Below, in pieces: positions 22,506 to 31,833 of a stretch of DNA of 64,000 nt. A model generated the notes under the pieces. The model had not been told where the DNA came from. It made no database searches and saw only the letters and a list, made by a program, of their open reading frames with translations. Made by a program: the position numbers and the translations under genes. The DNA lies in the NCBI GenBank assembly GCA_965644315.1, contig CBFFRQ010000076.1, positions 1 to 64,000 on the forward strand. The letters are read 5' to 3'. Source of the DNA: Caecitellus pseudoparvulus. Lineage: Eukaryota > Protista > Bigyra: Bicosoecida. Every line of letters starts with the position of its first letter. Position 1 is the stretch's first letter.

Positions 22506-24230
22506 TCAGGAGTGTCTGGTGCTGGAGTGCGGCTTCCGGGCCAGTGTGAAGGCCACGAGGCCCCCCACCAGGGCCCCCACGGCGCCAGCAAGGAGCACGC
22601 TGCGACCCCATGCACGCTGGGCACTGCAGCTTCCTCCAGGTGTCGACTGGGCCGTCGAGGGGGAGGGTTCGACCGGGTGGGTGGCAGGTTCGTCTGCACT
22701 CCCTGCCCAGTGCTTGGCACGCTGCACTGCGCGGTGCCACGTCGACCGCGCCGCCTCCGTGTCTGCAGAGGGCACAGCAGGCGTGAAGGTGCGGGCTGCG
22801 GACCAGGTGCGTGCCACATCCTCCAGACTGTCCCAGAAGCCCACCGCCAGGCCCGCTGCGAATGCCGCCCCAGCCGCCGTCGTCTCCGTCACTGCTGGCC
22901 GCACCACGGGGCGCCCCGCCATGTCGCTCTGGAACTGCAGCAGCGTGTCGTTCACAGCCATGCCGCCGTCCACCAGCAGCCGCCGCGCGGGCTCGCCGCT
23001 GTCGGCCTCCATGGCTGCCAGCACGTCAGCTGACTGGTGGGCGGCCGCCTCCAGCGTGGCCCGGGCGAGGTGCCCAGGCTTGGTGCCGCGCGTGAGGCCC
23101 AGCAGCGTGCCGCGAGCCGACGCATCCCAGTGCGGCGCCAGGAGGCCCGTGAAGGCCGGCACAAACACGACGCCGCCGGAGTCCGGCACACTACGCGCGA
23201 CAGCCTCGATGTCAGAGGAGGACTGGATGACGCCGGTGGTGTCTTGCAGCCACTTCACTGCACTGCCGGCCACTGCTACACTGCCCTCCAGTCCGTACAC
23301 CGGCGGCGTGCCCTCCCCCAGCTGGTACGCCACCATGGTGAGCAGGCCGTGGCGACTGGGCACGGCGGTGGTGCCTGTGTTCTGCACCATGAAACACCCC
23401 GTGCCGTAGGTGTTCTTGGTGTCCCCGCGCTTGAAGGCGGCTTGCCCGAACAGGGCTGCGCTCTGGTCCCCCATGAGGCTGGCCAGGGGCACGCCGCCCA
23501 GCGGCACCCCCACCCCCTCAGCCACCTGCCCATACACCTGGCTGGAGCTGGCCACGCGAGGCAGCATGCTCGTCGGCACGCCGAATGCCGCGCACAGCTC
23601 AGAGTCCCACGCCAGGCGGTGGATGTCCAGCAGCAGCGTGCGTGCAGCATTGGAGACGTCTGTCACGTGCAGGGCCCCTCCAGACAGCTTGTGGGCGAGC
23701 CAGCAGTCGATGGTGCCGAAGCGAGCGGTGCCGGCGGCAGCTGCTTGGGCCACTTCCGGGCAGTGCCGCAGCATCCACGCGAGCTTGGTGGCTGAAAAGT
23801 ACGGCACGATGGGCAGGCCCGTCTTGTGTCGGAAGCGGTCCACACCGCCGCCGTCGCCCCCTGCGGCGGCCACTTCGGCGCAGATGTCCGCCGAGCGACC
23901 ATCCTGCCACACGATGGCACGTCGCAGGGGGCGGCCGGTGTCGGCACTCCACACGACGCTGGTCTCGCGCTGGTTGGTGATGCCGACAGCTGCCACGTCG
24001 GCGCTGGTGGCGCCGGCAGCCTGCATGGCGCCTGTCACCGTCGTCACCACTGTGTCCCAAATCTCCTCCGCGTCGTGCTCCACCCACCCCTGCGTGTTGG
24101 TGTACTGCGTGAACTCCACCTGGTGCATGGCGGCGATGCTGCCATCACGCGCAAAGAGACAGGCCCGAGTGCTCGTGGTGCCCTGGTCGATGGCCAGCAC
24201 GAAGCGGGGCTTGGTCTCTGTGGCTGCCAT
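22506..24230 (-). CDS. GK: glycerol kinase (FGGY family) with C-terminal hydrophobic tail
   Basis: AIDQGTTSTR, GITNQRET, AIVWQDGR, YFSATK, TDVSNAART, GDQSAALFGQ, KNTYGTGCF, LEGSVAVAG, VDGGM, ETTAAGAA. Confidence 0.95.
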   Translation of the reverse strand: MAATETKPRFVLAIDQGTTSTRACLFARDGSIAAMHQVEFTQYTNTQGWVEHDAEEIWDTVVTTVTGAMQAAGATSADVAAVGITNQRETSVVWSADTGRPLRRAIVWQDGRSADICAEVAAAGGDGGGVDRFRHKTGLPIVPYFSATKLAWMLRHCPEVAQAAAAGTARFGTIDCWLAHKLSGGALHVTDVSNAARTLLLDIHRLAWDSELCAAFGVPTSMLPRVASSSQVYGQVAEGVGVPLGGVPLASLMGDQSAALFGQAAFKRGDTKNTYGTGCFMVQNTGTTAVPSRHGLLTMVAYQLGEGTPPVYGLEGSVAVAGSAVKWLQDTTGVIQSSSDIEAVARSVPDSGGVVFVPAFTGLLAPHWDASARGTLLGLTRGTKPGHLARATLEAAAHQSADVLAAMEADSGEPARRLLVDGGMAVNDTLLQFQSDMAGRPVVRPAVTETTAAGAAFAAGLAVGFWDSLEDVARTWSAARTFTPAVPSADTEAARSTWHRAVQRAKHWAGSADEPATHPVEPSPSTAQSTPGGSCSAQRAWGRSVLLAGAVGALVGGLVAFTLARKPHSSTRHS

Positions 24231-24406
24231 GCCGCAGGCGTGGTGTGCGGAAGTTGACGCGCAGCCCAGGACACGCAGCGCCCTGCACGGCACAAGTGAG
24301 CCGGGCGCGCAAAATTGACGCGACGAGCGGGAAGTGGCACACTATCCCGGTGGGCAGGCCGGCGTCTTGCAGGGGCTCTGGGTTTTGGGGCGCCCCGCGT
24401 GCTGCC

Positions 24407-27400
24407 ATGACCACCAAGTACAAGAGGCTGAAGGAGCTGGGCCGGGGTGGCTATGGCGCCGCCATCCTGGCCTGTGACCGCAAGGACAAGCGCAAGCGCT
24501 ATGTCGTGAAGGAAGTGCGCCTGGCCGACATGTCAGCCGCTGAAATCGCCGCTGCGCACCGGGAAGCAGACTTCTTGGCTCAGCTGGACCATGCCAACAT
24601 CGTCAAGTGAGCTGCGCAGGTGGCGCACAGCGGCGGAACGGCCCAGGGGCGCCCTGCATGCACCACACTGGGCATTTTATCCACACAGGTACATCGAGTC
24701 GTACGAGGAGCGCAACAAGCTGTGGTGCGTGGGGCTTGACGGGCGGGGGCGCAGGCTCGCGAAACGCCCGTGACACGCCGAAGCCAGCACACGCCACCGC
24801 CCCACCCCCTCTCTTCCTGCCACGCCACAGCATCGTCATGGAGTACGCTGACGGAGGAGACCTGTCCCAGCTGTTGACGAAGCGGCGAGAAGCTGAATCG
24901 CCGCTGAGCGAGGAAGAGGCTCTGGGGTACTTCGTGCAGATTTGCCTGGGCATGAAGCACATCCACGACAAGAGCATCGTGCACCGCGACATCAAGAGCC
25001 AGAACGTCTTCTTGGCGCGGGGCGGCATCGTGAAGCTGGGCGACTTCGGCGTCGCCAAGGCCCTCGCCGACACTGCTGACATGGCTCGCACACAAATCGG
25101 CACGCCGTACTACCTCAGCCCCGAGCTGGTGGCAGGCGAGCCGTACAATCGTAAGACTGACATCTGGAGCCTGGGCGTGCTGCTGTACGAGATGCTGGCG
25201 CTGAAGCTGCCCTTCACCGGCTCCAACATCGCCGCCCTCATTAGCCGCATCTCCCAGGGCATCTACGCACCCATCCCCTCACGGTACTCCGCGGGCCTGC
25301 GCGAGCTGGTCGCACGCATGTTGCGACAGGCGCCGTCGGAGCGCCCCACCATTCGGCAGGTGCTGCTGTCGCCCATCATCCGCACACGGGTGGCCAGCAT
25401 GGTGCGTACCCTGAACAGCCGCAGCATGGGGCAAGGCGTGTCGGGGGAGGCTGCGCTGGAGGGGGGGGGTGAAGGGGGGGATGCACCCCCCCCCGCCTCC
25501 GGCGCCGTGCCTGTGTACGAGGTGGACCTGTCTGCACCCGCCTCTCCCGCAGCAGGGTCTGGGGAGCCATCTGAGGGGGGGGGTCAGGGCGGCCACGCAC
25601 CCCCCCCTCACCCTGGCAGGCACATCCCCGGAGGCGGTCACGGTGCGGATGCCGCCTACGCCGCTGAGCGTGCCCGTCGCCTGGCCGCCATGGTGGTGCA
25701 GCGCAAGGACCAGGCCCGTCTGCGGCGAGATCGCGAGCGGCACGTGTCGGAGGCGCAGCGAGCTGCCAGGGCAGGGTGGGACGAGCGGGAGGTCGCTGAG
25801 CGACAGGCTGCGGCGCTGGCTCGCAAGGAGTGGCTGGAGCGCGAGCGCAGTCGAGAAGCGCAGCTGGAGGCGGCGGCGATGGTGCAGGGCATGGCTGCGG
25901 CGCGGGAACGCGCGCGATCTGAGGTCGGGCCCCGTGCTGGCGCCGCCCAACGGGATGCTGCCGCGGCCGCCGCAGCAGCCGCACGCCAACGTGACTGGGA
26001 GGAGCGCCAGGCGATCGCTGCACGGGCCAAGGCTCGGGCGGAGGCGGGGGGGGGCAGTGACCCAGATCGCAGGGGGGGGCAGCGAGTGGCGGGGTCAGGT
26101 CTGGGCCAGGTGGGCGGGCCAGGGGGGGCGCGACGGGGCAGTGCCCCCCCTCGAGGCGGCAGCGGCGGCGCAGATGCGCGTCAGTTGCAGGCGGCGAGGG
26201 ACGCCTTCTTCGAGAACCGACGCATCGCTGCTGCGGCACAGGCGAGGTCGAACATGCAGCTGGGCAGGGGAGGGGGGGACGGAACACCACCCCCCCCCTC
26301 CGACCCGCTCAGTCACCAGGAACACATCGATAGAGCTGGAGCAGTGAAGGCCCGGCGCGCTGCTGAGAAAGAGGCTGCTCGCGCCGCCCACCTCGCGGCC
26401 ATGCAGGAGGCCATTGCGGCCCAGGCAGCCGAGCGAGCGGCTCTGGCAGCCAAGCTGGCGGCTGCGAATGTGGACACGGAAGGGCGGCGAGGGAGGGGGG
26501 TGCAGGGGGCCCCTCCAGCCGCGGCAGCTGCACCGGCGGAAGGGAAGGCTGTGGATGAGGAGGAGGAGGGGGGGGCGGCAGACGACACCCCCCCTTCGAG
26601 GGCCCCTTCACCCCCCCCCGCGTCAGAGGAGGATGTGTTGCAGGCCCTGGCGGCAGCCCGGGCACAGTACCAGGCTGAGGTGGCAGCAGCGCGGCAGCGA
26701 GCAGTGGCTGCTGGGGCCAGTGGCGGCGTGTGGGAGGGGGGGTCCAGCGACGAGGAGGGGGGGTCAGGCGAGGGCAAGGAGGCCCCTGCACCCGCCCCCA
26801 CCCACACCCGGCGAGGCAGCAGCATGTCCACCACGGGCGGTGACCTCATTGTGGTGGACATGGGCGGTGCCAAGGCCAGCAAGGTGCCTCGCAAGCCCAA
26901 GCTGGGCAGCCGGCGCAAGAAAACGCAGCAGAAGCCACGGCAACGCACTGGGAAACCAGGTGCACGGGGGGCCGCCGCCATGGGGGGGGGCAAGGAGGAG
27001 GAAGGGGGCGGCAGCGCGCCAGCCCTGCCGTCAGGGCCCTTGCAGCTGGCAGCCCACAAGCAGTTGAAACGCATCAGGAAGGGCAAGACTGCCGGGCAAG
27101 CCCGGTCTGAGCGCGGGAGCAGCACGCCCCTCAGCCCCCTGGCAGGCAGCAGCGAAGGCAGCAGTGCAGGCGGCACGGGTGATACAGCAGGGGACGAGGA
27201 GGTGATTCAGCTGGAGGTGGAGGTGGACGGCATGCGGGATGACCTGGTGCTGCTGCTGGCTGAGGCGGAGGGAGTGCCGGACGCACAGCTGCAGGCGGCA
27301 GCGGCTCACGACTACGACGACGAGCCGCCACAGCGGGCACTGCTGGGCGCAGCGCAGTTTGGTGTGGTGTCGGACGGCCAGGGGGGCTTCAGCGAGGAGG

Positions 27401-27831
27401 AGGAGGGGGGTGCTGCCAGCGACAGCAAGTCGGGCAGTTTGCCTGCTCAGCTGGGCGCCCAGCGCCACGGGCTGCTGCCCCCCCTGCCAGACATGCCTGC
27501 ACCGCCATCCCTCTCCGCCACCACCTCTTCTGCCCAGGACATCGAGAGCCTGCGGCTGTACCTTGAAGAGTACATGGGGGACGTTCCCTTCGTCAAGTCG
27601 TACGCTGCAGTGCGGGCCATGCAGGCGAGTGAGGGTGCGCCGACAGCGGCACACGAAGCCGTGGGGCGTGTGCTGAGTCGGGAGGGGGGAGGGCGCAGTG
27701 GGGCAGACACTGCCGCCCTTTCCAGTCGCTTCGGGGACCTTATTTTGCAGCTGATCGAACTGGAGGATGAGCTTGTCGCCAGGCGACGGGCCAAGGCGAC
27801 TCCAGCGGCCGCAGGGGGCAGTTCACAGTAG
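24407..27831 (+). CDS. NIMA-related (NEK) Ser/Thr kinase; introns 24607-24688, 24725-24830
   Basis: LGRGGYG, YVVKEV, CIVMEYADGGDL, HRDIKSQNVFL, KLGDFGVAK, IGTPYYLSPE; coiled-coil tail; NEK1-like C-terminal IESLRLYLEEYMG. Confidence 0.93.
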
Positions 27832-27954
27832 CATCGCAAATGTATTTTCAAGTATCATATTCGTGTTGGGCTGGAGGGGCCCGCTTACGCTGCGTGCTGC
27901 GATCTTGCCGCCTGTCGTGGTCAGCTGAGCTGGGAGGTGGGCAAATTCCGCAGC

Positions 27955-29436
27955 ATGGCTGCGCAGCATGACAGCGTGTTGTGGTGGGCTGCCACCTCGC
28001 CCAGCGGCCCGTGGATGCCCATCTGGTCCAAACGCGATGCAACGCCATCCGACATGTACGCTGAGCTCTGTGCAAAGTTCCCTGCCATGCAAGCTGACGG
28101 GGTTGACTTGACACACGCTTGGCTCGGCCGACCAGGCTCCCTTGTCGCGCTGGATTCGCCGCTGTCTGCCGCGGAGGGGAGTGGCTTCATCAGATTCGAC
28201 TGCACCACCAGTGGAAGCAGCGAGTCTGGCGCCGCCTTGCTGGCGCACACCCCGCCTCCCGTCCTGGAGCCTCACAAGATCCCCCTCGCATGCGAGGTGC
28301 TGAAGTCACTGGTGCTGGCAACTCAGACTGCGTTGCACGCAGCGACAGGGCAAGGCAGTGGTGACCCCGCGCCGGGCGCCAGCCTGCAGGACCTGCCCAG
28401 GGCCGAGCTGTTCAAGCGCGTCAAGGCTCTGGGCAGCCTCATCCAAGCCCGCAAGACTGCCTTGCAGACGCTGGCCCTTGCCGATGACTCGTCGTTGACG
28501 GCATTGGCCGCTCAAATGGCCGCATCGACATCAGCCTCTGTGCGTGCAGTGGCAGCACAGTACACACACAGCCAGGGACAGTGGAAGCACCTGCTGGCGG
28601 CCCTGGAGGGCGCGTTGGCTGCCTCTGCACCAGACTCCGCCAAGCCCCAGCTGGGCATCGGCAGTGCCATTCCCTCCGTCCCCGTGAAGGGAGAGACGCA
28701 GCTGGGGCAGCTGGCTGCAAAGCATGCTGGCGCCATACTGGTGTTCTTGCGGCACTTTGGATGACTCCCATGACGGTGCGTGGCTGTGCCAGCTCCCGCT
28801 ACCGCAGGTTTGCGCCTCAGCACCCCCTTGCCCCCCTTGCACAGAGACCACGTGGCAATGCTGGCGACCTACGCGAGCCTGTGGAAGGCACTGGACATTG
28901 CTGTGGTGGTGCTGTCGCTGTGCCCCACACCTGCAGCTGCGGCTGAGTGGGATGAGCAGGTAGGGCACCCCTTCCCTCACCTGCAGTGGGCGGAGGCCAC
29001 TGCCCCAGCTGACGCATATGCTGCCTTCGGGTTCAAGCGCTCCCTGGCTGGCGTGTGGGGAGCCCAGTCTTTGGGGTGGTATGCTCAGCAGGCAGCTGCG
29101 GGGCGGGAGCTGCAGTCCAGTCGGGGCCAGGATGTGCACCAGCTGGCAGGGGATGTCGTGGTTTCGGCGGAGGGGACGGTGGTCCTGCCGTATTACGGCC
29201 TGGACAACACCGACCGACCAGGCGTCACTACCCTGGCTTGGGCTGCTGCTGTCGCTGCCTGCAACAGCCAGCACGAGTCTCCTGCGTGGAGTGCAGCTGC
29301 GCAAACTGTCCGGCAACACTTGGCTCGCAGTGCAGCTTCCCACGGTGCACCTTCTGGAAGTGCTGTGTCAGACTCTGTGGGGGGCGCAAGTAAGAAGCCA
29401 GAAGCTGCAAACGCACCAGAAGACTGCGCCGCATGA
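27955..29436 (+). CDS. SELENOL: selenoprotein L (UxxU, AhpC/TSA-like thioredoxin fold); join(27955..28775,28845..29436); Sec at 28762-28764 and 28771-28773
   Basis: TTC TTG CGG CAC TTT GGA TGA CTC CCA TGA CG|intron|A GAC CAC reads FLRHFG-U-LP-U-RDHV; downstream YAAFGFKRS...DVHQLAGDVVV...DRP; SECIS in the 3' UTR. Confidence 0.92.
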
Positions 29437-29514
29437 CGCTTGCCTGGTAAGGGGGCAGCCAAGCGGCGCAGGGTGGGGGGTGTGGACGAGTAAAGGGGTT
29501 CGAAGGGGCTGGCA

Positions 29515-29583
29515 CCTGCACGTCACGACGCGTGGGGGGGAAAGTGTGCTCAAGCCACACTCCTCACGCCGAACAAATGCAGG
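29515..29583 (+). promoter_or_regulatory. type-2 SECIS element with ACGA core
   Basis: Helix I CCTGCA/TGCAGG; core ACGA (29525-28) and GA (29571-72); helix II GCGTGGGGG/TCCTCACGC; AAA (29541-43) 12 nt after the core; mini-stem GTGTG/CACAC. Confidence 0.85.
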
Positions 29584-29653
29584 CCGCCAAGCCCTCCTCT
29601 GCAGGCACCTCTTTCTCACACTCCCAGCCCAGCGCAAGCGACGTGTTGTGGTC

Positions 29654-31650
29654 ATGGGGGGAGGCGGGGAGCCAGAGGCCGGCAGCCGGCTCCTGCAGCG
29701 CCCATCAGAGCCAGAGCGGGGAAATCCCTCACCAGCATCGTCGAGCACGCCCTCTCCGCGACGGGGTGCCCCGAAGAAGCACCCAATCACCCTTGATGGG
29801 CCCTGGGGGACGCCCTTGTGCGCGTCGCTGTTCTACACGGTGTTTGCGTTGACTTTGCTGTATGCCAGGTGCGGAGATTGCCCACCACGCCGGGCCGTCG
29901 CAAGCTTCTTGTATCCCACTGGGGAAAGGACAGGGCCTGTTGTGGTGCATTTTCGCGGCAGAGTATCCCCACCTTTCTCCGTAGCGCATGGCGACTTGCC
30001 TCACGAATGCCTTGTCTGCACGGGCACCCGCCTTCAGCACACCTCGCTCGCTGCGTGCTGCGCAGTGGCTTGAACTACCTCCTGCTGAACCTCCTGACGC
30101 AAATGGGCGTGCGCCCGTCCCAAGCCCTGCTAGCAGTATTCCTGCCCTTTAACACGCTGCTGGGCGAGGACCCAGCTTCCCTGCTGCAAGTGCGGCAGAA
30201 CGGGTACCTGGACACGGATGGCATTCGGGGGCTGGTGTTCAGCGGAGCACTGCCATTCTTCGTGCTGGCCATTGGAGTGGAAATCGCGGGGGCAGTGCTG
30301 GTGTTTGGTCGCCGTCTGCACCGTGTGAACGACTCCATCAACAGCCTGAGCATGGGACTGGGGGACCAGTTGTGCGGCGCAGTCATCGGCTCCATGCTTG
30401 TGGGCCCATACGCCGCCATTCACTCCAAGTGCGCCTTGCTGCACGTGGACTGGACCCACAACGCGGCAGCTTGGTGGGGAGGCTTCCTGGCGGTGGACTT
30501 GGCGTACTACTGGTTCCACCGCTGCTCGCACGAAGTGTCCTTTTTGTGGGCATCGCACGCCGTCCACCACGGCAGCGAGGAGTACAACTTGACCACAGCG
30601 CTGCGCCAGAGCTTCTGGGGCAGCGCTGGCTTTGTCTTTTACTTGCCCCTTGCCTTTCTCTTCCCGCTGGAGCTGGCCCTGGCGCACAAAGTGATCAACT
30701 TGCTGTTCCAGTTTTGGATCCACACGCGCACGGTTGGCAGGTTGGGCCCCCTAGAGTGGGTGCTCAACACGCCCTCTGCGCACCGTGTGCACCACGGGCG
30801 CAACCCCTGGTGCATTGACAAGAACTTTGCCGGCACGCTCATCATCTGGGACCGCCTTTTCTGCACGTACCAGGCAGAGGAGGAGGTGGATGAGGAAATC
30901 GTGTACGGCGTCGTCCCACCCCTGGCCACGTGGCAGCCAGTGTGGGGCCAGACGCACCACTACGTGGAAATGGCACACAACATCTACCGAACACCTGGCT
31001 GCTGCAACAAGCTGCAGTTGCTGGTGCGCCCGCCGGGGTGGCAATGGGATGGCCGCAAAAACCGCTGCCGCCACTTCGCCGTGCCTCGCATCGGACACAA
31101 GGTGAACCCCCTCGCGCCGTATGACCCGCCTCTGCACCCGCTTCTTACGACGTATGCTGCTGTGCAATTCGGCACCATGCTTCTGGGCTACTTTGTCCTC
31201 GTCACCAGCGTGCCAGAATCTGGCAGCGATTCCGTGTCGCGCGGTGCTGCTGTAGCCGTTTACGCCGCCGCCACAGCGATTTTCGCACAAGGCCTGGTGT
31301 CCATCGCGGCAGTGCTGGACAGCAAGCCGTCAGCCATGCTGCAAGAGGCTGTCCGCTTGCCTTTGGCCCTGGCAGGACTGGTCGCACTGCTGGCCTGGCA
31401 GGCTGTGGCTGTGCGCGGGGATGCCTCGCCTGCGGCCACTGTCGCAGGGAGCCCCGCACTGTGGATAGTGGCTGCCGAAACACTTGCATCAGCTTGCTTC
31501 CTCCTGTGGTGGTGGTGGCGAGGCGGCTTGGCGCCGCCCACTGGCCACTACGCCAAGCTGGGCATGGAGACGAGCAGCTCGTCGCCAGCCGTGGAGCAGG
31601 AGTTGGCGGTGAAGCAGGGGCCTGCCCAGCAGACTGGGGGCGATGAGTGA
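29654..31650 (+). CDS. AGMO: alkylglycerol monooxygenase-like (fatty acid hydroxylase superfamily); intron 29869-30065
   Basis: His boxes YYWFHRCSHE, WASHAVHHGSEEYNLTTALRQ, FQFWIHT, HRVHHGRNPWCIDKNFAGTLIIWDRLF. Confidence 0.88.
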
Positions 31651-31833
31651 ACGTGGCGTGTGCTTCTTGGCTTGCATGGTGTTTCCACAGCTGCTCCCAA
31701 TGCAGCCTTTCGCGGCACCGCTTGGTTTGCGACTGCTGCTCTGCTGCTGTCCACCCAAAACAGATCACGTAGCTGGGGGCCCCGCCAGAAACTAATCCCG
31801 AGCTGTCAACAACATGTGTGCATCGAGTCCGAC

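Noticed and set aside
27937-29436. Two separate genes or a pseudogene with premature stops
   Set aside because: Both stops are TGA at exactly the redox positions of SelL, and a SECIS follows
29433-29471. ATGA-N12-AA hairpin overlapping the SelL TGA as the SECIS
   Set aside because: The 3' side has GC rather than the GA required for the kink-turn core. The element at 29515-29583 fits SECIS geometry far better.
22506-31650. Ether-lipid catabolic cluster (AGMO releases glycerol, GK phosphorylates it)
   Set aside because: The genes are separated by unrelated NEK and SelL genes and lie on opposite strands; no synteny evidence is available
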